Below, piece after piece: positions 37,489-48,858 of a DNA stretch of 64,000 nucleotides. Each line of letters starts with the position of its first letter. Position 1 is the stretch's first letter. This stretch comes from Kiritimatiellia bacterium. Its GTDB lineage: Bacteria; Verrucomicrobiota; Kiritimatiellia; CAIQIC01; Lenti-01. Made by a program: the position numbers and the translations under genes. The notes beneath the pieces were generated by a model. That model did no database searches and was not told the origin of the DNA. It saw only the letters and a program-made list of their open reading frames with translations. Where the stretch lies: NCBI GenBank assembly GCA_050176815.1, contig JBFXHR010000011.1, positions 1,055-65,054 of the forward strand, written 5' to 3'.

Positions 37489-38289
37489 ATGCATCCAGTC
37501 CTGTTCCATTTTTTCGGCAAGGAGATCTACACCTACGGCATTCTGGCGGCCTCGGGCTTTTTGGCCGCCATTCTCACGTGGGTCTGGCTGGAACGCCGCG
37601 AGACGCGTCCGCCCGGTTTTGCCGCCGATCTGGGTTTCTGGCTAATGAGCGGCGGCATTGTGGGCTCGCGCCTGGCCTACGTCGCCGCCAACTGGGCGTA
37701 TTACCGCATCCATCCCCTCGAAATCGTCCGCATCGACCAAGGAGGACTGATCTTCTACGGAGGCCTGGTCCTGGCTTCCATCGTGCTCGTGTTCTTCGCC
37801 CGTCACCAGCGCCTTCCCGTCTGGCACCTCGCCGATTTCGCCATTCCGGGCCTGGCTATCGGCCACTCGCTCGGCCGCCTCGGATGCTTCTTCAATGGCT
37901 GTTGCTACGGCCGGCCGGCGGCCCATTCCGGCTGGGGCGTCGTCTATCCCCCCCTCTGCGAACCGGGCAGGCTTTTCGCCGGCATTCCCCTCTATCCGGT
38001 GCAACTCATCGAATCCGTCGGTCTTCTCGCGATTTGGATGGCCCTTTTGTTCGCCTATCCTCGTCGACGGAAGGACGGCGCCGTCTTCGCTCTCTATCTC
38101 GTGCTCTACCCCCCCCTCCGGTTCTTCCTCGAGTATGGACGCGGCGATGACCGTCTAGACGGCCTGGTCGTCAACGCCGCCCAAACCGTTTCCGTCTTCC
38201 TCCTGCTGGCTGGAATTCTTCTGCTCGTTTTCCTGCCCCGCCGGAAATTCTCGCCGCCCGCCCGCGCGGTTCCCGCGAACGAGCCCTAG
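37489..38289 (+). CDS. lgt: prolipoprotein diacylglyceryl transferase
   Basis: 266 aa. Lgt motifs (YGILAASGFL, GRLGCFFNGCCYG). Confidence 0.93.
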   Translation: MHPVLFHFFGKEIYTYGILAASGFLAAILTWVWLERRETRPPGFAADLGFWLMSGGIVGSRLAYVAANWAYYRIHPLEIVRIDQGGLIFYGGLVLASIVLVFFARHQRLPVWHLADFAIPGLAIGHSLGRLGCFFNGCCYGRPAAHSGWGVVYPPLCEPGRLFAGIPLYPVQLIESVGLLAIWMALLFAYPRRRKDGAVFALYLVLYPPLRFFLEYGRGDDRLDGLVVNAAQTVSVFLLLAGILLLVFLPRRKFSPPARAVPANEP

Positions 38290-39485
38290 ATTTTCAGGCT
38301 TTCCGCGATGGAATCGCAAACGTAGTCCAGCGATTCCTCCATCAGTCCCGCCACGTTGATGCGGCCGCCCTTGACCATGTAGATGGCCTTCTGTTCGCGC
38401 AGGAAATCCACCTGCGCGTCGCGGAGACCGCTGAACGAAAACATCCCCTTCTGGCGGACGATGAACGAAAAATCCACGTCCTCGTTCCGCCGGGCCAGTC
38501 CGGCCGCCAGTTTCCGCCGGTTGCCGGCGATGCGCGCGCGCATGGCGTCCAGCTCCTGCATCCACAGGTCGCGCAAATCGGCGTCGTCCAGCACCGTCTG
38601 GACCAGCGCCGCGCCGTGCCGGGGCGGATTGGAATACAGCGTGCGGATGATCCGCTTGACCTGCGACGTGGCCGCGGCGGCGGCCTTTGCGCTTTCCGCC
38701 ACCAGCGCCAGCGCGCCGACCCGCTCCCCGTAAAGACCCATGTTTTTGGAGAACGACGTGGCGACCATGGCCTCCGGCGCCTTGGAGAGAACGGCCAGCA
38801 GGCCGGCGCGGTCGGTCTCCAGCCCGTCTCCGAACCCCTGATAGGCGAAATCGAAGAACGGCAACCAGCCCGCCTGCGCCGCGACGTCCGCCACGCGCGC
38901 CCACCCGGCCGCATCCGGATCCGCCCCCGTGGGATTGTGGCAGCAGACGTGCATCAGCACGACGTCGCCGGCCGGAATTTTCTCCAGCGCCGCGCACATG
39001 CCGTCGACGTCCGCGCCGCGCGCGGCGGGATCGTAGTAGGGATATTCCTTCACGGGACACCCGGCCGCGCCGAACACGCCCTTGTGGTTGTCCCATGTCG
39101 GGGCGGGCATCCAAACCGTCGCGTCCCGCCGGAACGCCTTCAGGAATTCCGCGCCGATGCGCAGGGCCCCCGTGCCGCCGGGCGCCTGCACGATGGACAC
39201 GCCGTCGGAGGCCAGCCCGTGGAAATCCGCGCCGAAGACCAGCTCCGCCACGTCCCCGCCGAATTCCGCGGAACCGGAAATGGGCAGATAGCCCTTTGTC
39301 TTTTCCGTCTCCCACAGCAGGCGTTCCGCCCGCTTGACGCATTCCAGCACCGGCGTCGCCCCTTTGTCGTCCATGAAGACGCCCACGCCGAGATTGACCT
39401 TGTTCGGACGGGGATCCTTTCGGAACGCTTCGGTCAGGCCCAGAATGGGATCGGCGGGCGCAGGTTCGATTCCGGAGAAAAACAT
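38286..39485 (-). CDS. aspartate/aromatic amino acid aminotransferase (class I, AspC/TyrB type)
   Basis: 399 aa. DPILGL..F..D....KVNLGVGV N-terminus and SFSKNMGLYGERVGAL (PLP lysine motif). Confidence 0.9.
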   Translation of the reverse strand: MFFSGIEPAPADPILGLTEAFRKDPRPNKVNLGVGVFMDDKGATPVLECVKRAERLLWETEKTKGYLPISGSAEFGGDVAELVFGADFHGLASDGVSIVQAPGGTGALRIGAEFLKAFRRDATVWMPAPTWDNHKGVFGAAGCPVKEYPYYDPAARGADVDGMCAALEKIPAGDVVLMHVCCHNPTGADPDAAGWARVADVAAQAGWLPFFDFAYQGFGDGLETDRAGLLAVLSKAPEAMVATSFSKNMGLYGERVGALALVAESAKAAAAATSQVKRIIRTLYSNPPRHGAALVQTVLDDADLRDLWMQELDAMRARIAGNRRKLAAGLARRNEDVDFSFIVRQKGMFSFSGLRDAQVDFLREQKAIYMVKGGRINVAGLMEESLDYVCDSIAESLKI

Positions 39486-39530
39486 GTCGGCCTCCTGGGG
39501 GTTGGCGGGGGGGGCGGGTTCGTTTGTTTT

Positions 39531-40691
39531 CTAGGGATAGTACGCTTCGACCCAGGGGCGAATGGTTTCGTCGCCGACCTTGGTGATGCGCATTTCGCGC
39601 TGGGCGTTCTCGACGGAGTCGGACGCGTGCGCGGCGTTGACCATGATGTCCTGGCCGAATTCGCGCCGGACGGAGCCCGGCAGCGCCTTGCTCGGATCGG
39701 TGGGCCCGAGGATGCTGCGGATGCGGGAGATCGCGTTCGGCCCGGCATAGACCAGCAGCAGGCAGCGCAGGGTCCCGGGCTTGTTCTTTTCTTCGTCGAC
39801 AAGCCCTTCGCCCCAGCGCCCGGTCATGAACTGGACGATCTGGTAGAACTGGTTGTCGCCGTACATGGGCCCCAGCAGGTCGCCGAGGGCGCCCTTGACG
39901 GTTTCGGGCATTTCCATGCCCAGTTCCGCGGCCACGGCCTTGGCCGCGCGTTCGGCAACCATGCCCTTGAGCTTTTCGCGCAGGACGTCGCGCACCGGAC
40001 CGTAGAATTCTTCGGCTTCGGCCACCGTCATGCGGTGGATCTTGGCGCCGACGATCCGCAGGCCCGAGCGGGAGAAGATGTCGATGATCAGGCCCGGCCG
40101 CGCGCTGGCGAACCGGAAGTTGTCGGGCTTGAGGATCACGAGCGCCTCTTCCAGGGTCGCGCCCTGCGCCACGTCGCCCGCCGCGTCGACGATGCCGCCG
40201 CACTCGCCGCTGAACTTCGCCCACAGCTTGAGGGTCTCGCCGATCGCGTGCTCCGTCGGCCCGATGAAGACCGCCGGTTCGAGGTATTTCACCGCGCCCG
40301 CCGCGTCCAGGATGTGGTCGCCGAACGTGTCGCGGACGCTCTCGCCGCTGTTGGTGGGCCGGATCGGGCCGGTCACGTCCTTCACGAGCTGGATGGCGTT
40401 CTCGCCTTCGAACAACAGCATCATCACGCGGCGGCGCGCGCCCGTGGCCGGATCGGGACCGTATTCCCGCGCCACGTAGTCCGCCAGCAGCGGCCGGATC
40501 ACCGGATCGATTTCCAGGTCGGTGCGGATCTGGGCCGCGAAAGCCTCCGCCAGCTTCTCGTTGGGCGCGAACATCCGCGCCGCCACCAGATCCAGCCCCG
40601 TCCGGCTGATGTAGCGCGCGATGACGCCGCCCGTGCGCGACTTGGCGACCGTGTAGGGGTTGATCAATACAAATGCCAGTTCCTTGGCCAT
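39531..40691 (-). CDS. tandem nucleoside-diphosphate-kinase-like protein (degenerate N-domain plus C-domain with NxxHxSDS and a large insertion)
   Basis: 386 aa. Domain starts are LAFVLINPYTVAKSRTGGVIARY and ALVILKPDNFRFASARPGLIIDIF. The catalytic-His motif VNAAHASDS occurs only near the C-terminus. Confidence 0.65.
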   Translation of the reverse strand: MAKELAFVLINPYTVAKSRTGGVIARYISRTGLDLVAARMFAPNEKLAEAFAAQIRTDLEIDPVIRPLLADYVAREYGPDPATGARRRVMMLLFEGENAIQLVKDVTGPIRPTNSGESVRDTFGDHILDAAGAVKYLEPAVFIGPTEHAIGETLKLWAKFSGECGGIVDAAGDVAQGATLEEALVILKPDNFRFASARPGLIIDIFSRSGLRIVGAKIHRMTVAEAEEFYGPVRDVLREKLKGMVAERAAKAVAAELGMEMPETVKGALGDLLGPMYGDNQFYQIVQFMTGRWGEGLVDEEKNKPGTLRCLLLVYAGPNAISRIRSILGPTDPSKALPGSVRREFGQDIMVNAAHASDSVENAQREMRITKVGDETIRPWVEAYYP

Positions 40692-40722
40692 GGGTTGGAT
40701 TCTCCTTGGTTCGTTGAGCAGG

Positions 40723-43407
<2,685 letters not shown>

Positions 43408-43587
43408 ATGGACCTGAATCCTCGCTTCTGTAAAACCCCGCAGACTATCCGCCAAAACGGCGCTTCGGGGCAAGCCTATTCTGCGCGCCGCCTTCGCCGT
43501 TTCTCAAGGTCCGCATGCGCCGGGAACGCCCACACCCCGTTCTTTTCCTTCGCGCCGGCGGCGGCATGGGGTATGCTCCCTGCCGCC

Positions 43588-44211
43588 ATGAAAACCAAGC
43601 TGCCGGTCGTCCTGTTCGCCCTGTATATCGTCGAATTCGCCGTGCTGGGCATCCGTCCCGTCTCGCGCGCCACGTGGATCTCCGAAAACGTCACGGTGCT
43701 CTGCATCGTGGTCCCCCTCGTCTGGATGTATCTGAAAGGCATCCGCTTTTCAAACGCCGCCTATCTCTTCATGTCCGTGCTGGTCTTTCTCCACACCCTC
43801 GGCGGCCACTACACCTTCGCGCAGGTGCCCTTCGGATGGATCACGGACTGGATCGGCGCCCAGCGCAACCATTTCGACCGCCTCGCCCACTTCACCGTCG
43901 GCTTCTACGCCTACGCCCTGATGGAATTCGCCGAAAGCCGCCGGCTCAGTACCCGCCGCGCGTTCAGCGCCACGTTCGCCGTCGCCGCCATCTTCGCCGT
44001 GGCCAGCCTGTTCGAAATCGTCGAATGGCTGTACGCCGCTTCCGCCAGTCCGACCGCCGGCGCGGAATTCCTGGGTTCGCAGGGCGACGTCTGGGACGCG
44101 CAGAAGGACATGCTGGCCGACGGGCTCGGCGCCATTCTGGCCGCCGGCGTCTACCATCTCGCCCATCTCGGGCGATTCCCCGATCCCATCAAGGCGCCGC
44201 GCGCACCTTGA
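43588..44211 (+). CDS. DUF2238 / YjdF-like inner membrane protein
   Basis: 207 aa from MKTKLPVVLFALYIV, with the HTLGGHYTF and FDRLAHF motifs typical of YjdF. The rest of the 1183-aa ORF 40660..44211 is antisense to valS. Confidence 0.7.
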   Translation: MKTKLPVVLFALYIVEFAVLGIRPVSRATWISENVTVLCIVVPLVWMYLKGIRFSNAAYLFMSVLVFLHTLGGHYTFAQVPFGWITDWIGAQRNHFDRLAHFTVGFYAYALMEFAESRRLSTRRAFSATFAVAAIFAVASLFEIVEWLYAASASPTAGAEFLGSQGDVWDAQKDMLADGLGAILAAGVYHLAHLGRFPDPIKAPRAP

Positions 44212-46285
44212 CGCCGTAGAAGAACATCCGCGGATCGGGCGTGGGGGTGATCTCCAGCGCCAGATTCGCCCCATCGGCGTTGGTGATCTCCGGGCCCTGC
44301 CAGAATCCGCCGCCCTCCGTCAAGTTCGTGGTTCCAATGGCCCGAAACACGCGCCCCGATTTGCCGCCCACCACCAGTTGAGTGGAGCTAAAGGACAAAA
44401 TCGCATAGACCTCGTTCGTGAGGTCGCCTCCGCCGGACGTCACCCAAATCGTCGCCGCGTTCGTGGCGCTTACCCCGGTGCCTGAATCGGTCAGCACCGC
44501 GGTCACCGTGTGGGCGCCGACGTCGGCTTCCGTCGTTCCCGTGTTGATCAGGAACCTCCGCTTGTCGCTCGTCGTCGGCGGGTTGGCAAAGGCCGGCTCG
44601 GCGTTCCAATCCGTCGTCCAATCGGTGCCTCCGGCGTGCAAAACCATGTTGGTCACCCATGCGTCGACGCGGTTGGTCACGGCGACGTTCGTCGCGACCG
44701 GCGCCAGTTGGAAGGCCGGCGGCGATACCACCCGGATCGCCACGTTCGTCGCCCCCGCCACCGCGGCGTCGAAACGCGCCGTCACGGACACGGCGTAGTC
44801 GCCCCAGTCGTTGGTGTCCGCGGGAGAAAAGCGCAGCTGCAACTGGCGTTCCGCATTCGTCGTGAACTCCGCGTGGGCATTGGGCGGCGCAAGGGCGCAA
44901 TCCCACGTCCGCACCATGCCCTCCGCGTTCAGCAGCGTGAAATCCAAGACCGTCTCCCAGCCGACCGGCGCATTCGTGGGCCCGCTCCAGACCAGCCGCG
45001 GCGGCACGTCGCCGTATTCGCTGATGCGCAGGTCGTCGACGTCGGCGATCTCGCCGAAATTTCCCGTCGTGATCAATCGAACCCGGACCGGTTCCGACCG
45101 CTGCACCTCGAAGGAAAAAAGGCTGTTGGTGATGTCCTCGCATTCCCATACGCTGAAATTCCCGTTCGGGGTCCAGCCTGCCTCTTCCTCGCCCCGGGTC
45201 TGCACCTCGAACCGCACCACCCGGTTGGAACCGTAATAGGCGCCATGCACCGAAATCGCGCCGACGCCCTCGAACGTTCCCGCGCTTTCCATGATGGCCG
45301 GAGCCGCCAGCGAGGAATGCCGGAACCGCGCCGACGTCGCCCCGATCTTCCGGTCCGTCGAATCGCTCGTCTGCACGTTGAAAAACGTCCAGTCCATGCC
45401 GTTGAGATTCGTCGCTACGCCCGAATTGGTGTCGTATCCGAACGCCGCGCCTTCGAAATCGACGAACCGCGGGTTGGGCGCTCCGAGAACCGACATCTGG
45501 AAGTCGGCCTGGTGGACATAGCCCGTCCCCTCCGGATCCGTCGCCGCGTAGGCGACCGTGAAGGTCTGGCCGACGTCTTCCTCCGCCGGGACCAGCGTGA
45601 TTTGCAACGAGTTCGTATCCGACCGCTCTCCCGCAAACGCCGGTTCGATCCTCCAGCCGCCCGTTACGGCTTCGCCGACGGCAAACACTTCCGCTTCGGC
45701 ATCGAACTCCCGCCCCGCATAGGCCAGGTTCGTCCCCGTCCGGTCCAAGCGCACGAAAAGCCGGAACGGTTCCCAGGCCAGATTGTCGATGGCCACGCGC
45801 CCCCCCGAGGCCAGGCGGTTGGAGACCATCAGCGTGAAATCGTTGGTAAACGGCATCCGATTGGCGGAGTCGTAGGCGTCGAACGAAGCCTCCTCCACCG
45901 AGCCCTCCCCGCCGGAAGACCGGTAATTGGCGATTTCGATGCCGTTGACCAGCACCACGCAATCCACCGCGTCCGACAACACCTGCTTGAACACCGCCGA
46001 AACCCGCGCGCAACCGCCCGTGATCGTTCCGGACAGCAGCCAGCCCTTGTTGGCGGAGTACCCCGTTTGCAAAACGATGGCGGGATCGTCGGCGTACACC
46101 GTCGGAATCCCGCACGCATTCGCGTAGGTCCATGCGATGCCTTCTTGCCCCGTGAACGAACCGATGTCCACCCAGTTGCTGCCCAATCCCGCGGTCTCGA
46201 AGGTTTCCAGCCCGGCGCGCGCGGCCTTTCCCTGCCACGCGCCCGCCAAGGCCAGCCCAACCGCCATGATCCGCATTGCCCGCAT
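44189..46285 (-). CDS. large secreted beta-rich protein, unknown function
   Basis: Signal peptide MRAMRIMAVGLALAGAWQGKAARA. Two copies of an xFE...G..WT(Y/F).N module and about three Ig-like modules. The 3' end overlaps the convergent yjdF-like gene by 23 nt. Confidence 0.65.
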   Translation of the reverse strand: MRAMRIMAVGLALAGAWQGKAARAGLETFETAGLGSNWVDIGSFTGQEGIAWTYANACGIPTVYADDPAIVLQTGYSANKGWLLSGTITGGCARVSAVFKQVLSDAVDCVVLVNGIEIANYRSSGGEGSVEEASFDAYDSANRMPFTNDFTLMVSNRLASGGRVAIDNLAWEPFRLFVRLDRTGTNLAYAGREFDAEAEVFAVGEAVTGGWRIEPAFAGERSDTNSLQITLVPAEEDVGQTFTVAYAATDPEGTGYVHQADFQMSVLGAPNPRFVDFEGAAFGYDTNSGVATNLNGMDWTFFNVQTSDSTDRKIGATSARFRHSSLAAPAIMESAGTFEGVGAISVHGAYYGSNRVVRFEVQTRGEEEAGWTPNGNFSVWECEDITNSLFSFEVQRSEPVRVRLITTGNFGEIADVDDLRISEYGDVPPRLVWSGPTNAPVGWETVLDFTLLNAEGMVRTWDCALAPPNAHAEFTTNAERQLQLRFSPADTNDWGDYAVSVTARFDAAVAGATNVAIRVVSPPAFQLAPVATNVAVTNRVDAWVTNMVLHAGGTDWTTDWNAEPAFANPPTTSDKRRFLINTGTTEADVGAHTVTAVLTDSGTGVSATNAATIWVTSGGGDLTNEVYAILSFSSTQLVVGGKSGRVFRAIGTTNLTEGGGFWQGPEITNADGANLALEITPTPDPRMFFYGVKVRAAP

Positions 46286-46399
46286 ATTGGGACCGATTCC
46301 AGCACGTGTTCCGCTCCCGGACCAGACCAAAAACCTTTTCCGAAGGTGGATTGACGACCGTCCCCGGCGGAACTACATTACGGACGGAGGTGGAAATCT

Positions 46400-46927
46400 A
46401 TGAAAACCGCATGGCTCCGTGGCTTGAGAGTGGTTTTGCTGGCGTCGCTGTTTCCGTTCGCGCTGGGATGCGCGGCGCTCTTGGAGTTCGACGCGATGGG
46501 CCCGCCCCCTCCCGACGATTTCCGCTGGCGCCATGATCCGCTGGATCCGTTCGATATCTACGGGCCCGTCTTCTTCACCTATCCGTCCCCCGCCGCACCG
46601 CCCCATCGGGAAATCCAGCCCCCCCGCGCCCCCTCGCCGAAACCGAGACCCGTCGCCCGCAAGCCCCAGCCCGAGCCGCGCAAACCCCAACCCGTCGTCC
46701 GTAAACCGCCGGAAAAGAATCGTCCAGGCCCCCAGACCGGCCGCAAACCCCCCGTCGACCGAAAGCCCTTGCTGGATCGCAAGCCGCCAACGGACCGCAA
46801 GCCCCAAGGCAAGTCCAAGCCCGACCGCAAGCCCCAAGGCAAGTCGAAACCCGACGAGCAACAGGGACAGCCGGGCCAGCAACCGCCCTCCGGCGGTCAG
46901 CCGGGCAAGCCGCCTCGCAACCGTTGA
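46400..46927 (+). CDS. Pro/Lys-rich lipoprotein, unknown function
   Basis: 175 aa. Lipobox LFPFALGC. The C-terminal two-thirds consists of degenerate (D)RKPQ/RKPP repeats. Confidence 0.55.
   Translation: MKTAWLRGLRVVLLASLFPFALGCAALLEFDAMGPPPPDDFRWRHDPLDPFDIYGPVFFTYPSPAAPPHREIQPPRAPSPKPRPVARKPQPEPRKPQPVVRKPPEKNRPGPQTGRKPPVDRKPLLDRKPPTDRKPQGKSKPDRKPQGKSKPDEQQGQPGQQPPSGGQPGKPPRNR
46793..46852. repeat. 30-bp tandem repeat x2 inside the Pro/Lys-rich lipoprotein gene
   Basis: GACCGCAAGCCCCAAGGCAAGTCCAAGCCC followed by GACCGCAAGCCCCAAGGCAAGTCGAAACCC (2 mismatches). Encodes DRKPQGKSKP twice. Confidence 0.9.
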
Positions 46928-47018
46928 TTTTTCCGCCGATTCCTCCGCCGGTAACCTTTTGCCTCCTCGCGGCGACTGCTGTGGGTGAAAGGCAAAACAA
47001 CCAACGGAGGATCGGCCA

Positions 47019-47402
47019 ATGAAAACAACCCTGACCCAACAAATCGCGGCGTTGGCATTCGCGGCGCTTCTGTTCTCTCCCGCCGCGCTATTCGCACGGG
47101 AACGCCCGCAGCCCTCCCGGCCGCAGGAGCCGCGCTCTCGGCCCGCCCAGACGACGGAACGCCGCCGGGAAAAGCCGCAGCGGATCGTTCGCGTGGAAAC
47201 CCGCAGATCCGAGCCGCATCGGTCCGTGGATTGCCATGTGCGCCCGGGCTATTCGGGATACGTCTCTGCGCTCCCGGCGCCCTATCCCCAGCCGTGCGTG
47301 GTCTATTATGCCCCGCCCGCGCCCCCGGCGCCCCCGGTGCGGGTTTGCCCCGCCCCGCCCCCTCCGCCCGTTCCATTCCTGCAGTTCCTGCTGTCGTTCT
47401 AA
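47019..47402 (+). CDS. small secreted Arg/Pro-rich protein, unknown function
   Basis: 127 aa. Signal peptide MKTTLTQQIAALAFAALLFSPAALFA. Pro-rich C-terminus with 3 Cys. Confidence 0.5.
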   Translation: MKTTLTQQIAALAFAALLFSPAALFARERPQPSRPQEPRSRPAQTTERRREKPQRIVRVETRRSEPHRSVDCHVRPGYSGYVSALPAPYPQPCVVYYAPPAPPAPPVRVCPAPPPPPVPFLQFLLSF

Positions 47403-47450
47403 GACAACCGGATTCTTGATCGGTCCGCCGTTCTGTGAAAAGATAACCGC

Positions 47451-48071
47451 ATGGGCGAACCCGACCATCGCGGCACCGAAGATTCGTTTCTTCTCGAATC
47501 CGTCCGCCGCGTGCTGGACGGCGAAGTCGAAGCCTTCGCCGCGATCGTCCAGGCCTACCGCTCGTTGATTGCCGCCGACCTGTCCCGGCGCCTGCCCGCG
47601 CAGGACGTCCAGGAAGTCGCGCAGGACGTCTTCGTCCGCGCCTTCCGCTCCCTGCCGTCCTACCGCGGCGAAGCCCCCCTGCGCATTTGGCTCCTGCGCA
47701 TCGCCCGCCACGCGGCCATGGACTTCTGGCGCCGGAAGTACCGCCGCCGAGACCAGCCGTTCGCCGATCTCGACGACTCGGCCCTGCGGCGCGCCGAGGC
47801 CACGCGCCAGGAACGAATCGCCGAGCAACGGGCCGACGAAGACGCCCAAACCCGCGCCCGGGAATGGCTCGATGCCGCGCTCCTGCGCCTCTCCCCCGAC
47901 GACCGCGCGGTCATCGTCCTCGTCGAACTCGAGGAATGCTCCATGGAGGACGCCGCCCGCCGGCTGGGTTGCGGCCTCTCCGCCGTCAAAGTGCGCGCCT
48001 TTCGGGCGCGGCGCCGCCTGAAGGCGATCCTCGAAGACCTGCGGCCGGAAATGAAGAAAGACCAACCATGA
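47451..48071 (+). CDS. ECF-type RNA polymerase sigma-70 family factor
   Basis: 206 aa. Region 2 (AQDVFVRAFRSL, WLLRIARHAAMDFWRRK) and region 4 (SMEDAARRLGCGLSAVKVRAFRARRRL). Confidence 0.88.
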   Translation: MGEPDHRGTEDSFLLESVRRVLDGEVEAFAAIVQAYRSLIAADLSRRLPAQDVQEVAQDVFVRAFRSLPSYRGEAPLRIWLLRIARHAAMDFWRRKYRRRDQPFADLDDSALRRAEATRQERIAEQRADEDAQTRAREWLDAALLRLSPDDRAVIVLVELEECSMEDAARRLGCGLSAVKVRAFRARRRLKAILEDLRPEMKKDQP

Positions 48072-48394
48072 ACCAGAACAACCGAGAACTTTGGAACCAG
48101 CTCCGGACGGCCTACCGCCCGCAGGCGCCGGAACTCGACGTGTCCGCCATCATGGACGCCGTGCGCCGGGAAGCCGCGGCGGCGCCCCTGCGCCGTCCCG
48201 CCGCCGGCCTCGCCGCCCCCATTCCCACCTGGGTGTGCGCCGCCGCCGCCTCGCTGGCCTTCCTCGCCGCCGCCGGCGTCGTCGCCCGTTCCGTGGCGAT
48301 GGCCGACCGCCAGATCAGCCAGGCCTGGCTGCAAAGCGTCCAGCCCAGCGAGTTCGCGCAGAATTTCCTGACCTTCGACGATTCCAGCCTCTAA
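48068..48394 (+). CDS. putative anti-sigma factor (single TM)
   Basis: 108 aa. ATGA overlap with the sigma gene stop. One TM segment (WVCAAAASLAFLAAAGVVA). Confidence 0.55.
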   Translation: MNQNNRELWNQLRTAYRPQAPELDVSAIMDAVRREAAAAPLRRPAAGLAAPIPTWVCAAAASLAFLAAAGVVARSVAMADRQISQAWLQSVQPSEFAQNFLTFDDSSL

Positions 48395-48405
48395 CGGAGA
48401 CGAAC

Positions 48406-48831
48406 GTGAGAAAAACCAAACTGGCCCTCCTCCTCCTCGCCGCCCTGCTGGCCGGCGTCTGCATCGGATTCTTCGGCAACAGCGCCGTCATCCGCGCCCG
48501 CATCCGCCATTTCTCCCAAATCCCCGGCAACGTGCCCGAACACATCGTCGCGATGCTCACGAAACGACTCGATCTCGACGATGCGCAGCAAGTCCAGGTC
48601 CGCGCCATCGTGCAGGCCTACGACGCCCGCCTGAAGGAAGCCCGCGAACAAAGCCGCGCCACCTTCGACGCCCTCATGGGCGAAATGCGCGCCGAAGTGT
48701 CCGAACACCTCACCCCCGATCAGCGCGAAGAACACCAGCGGGTCCTGGCCGAACTCGACCAGCGGCACCGCGACAACCGGGCCCTGATGCGCGCCTTCGC
48801 GCCGCCCGCCTCGACCAACGCCGGCAAGTAG
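48406..48831 (+). CDS. periplasmic LTXXQ-motif (Spy/CpxP-like) protein
   Basis: GTG start with an N-terminal TM/signal. LDLDDAQQ and LTPDQRE motifs in a helical protein. Third gene of the ECF module. Confidence 0.55.
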   Translation: MRKTKLALLLLAALLAGVCIGFFGNSAVIRARIRHFSQIPGNVPEHIVAMLTKRLDLDDAQQVQVRAIVQAYDARLKEAREQSRATFDALMGEMRAEVSEHLTPDQREEHQRVLAELDQRHRDNRALMRAFAPPASTNAGK

Positions 48832-48858
48832 CGCTGGATTTCTGCCCGCCCCCCGCCT

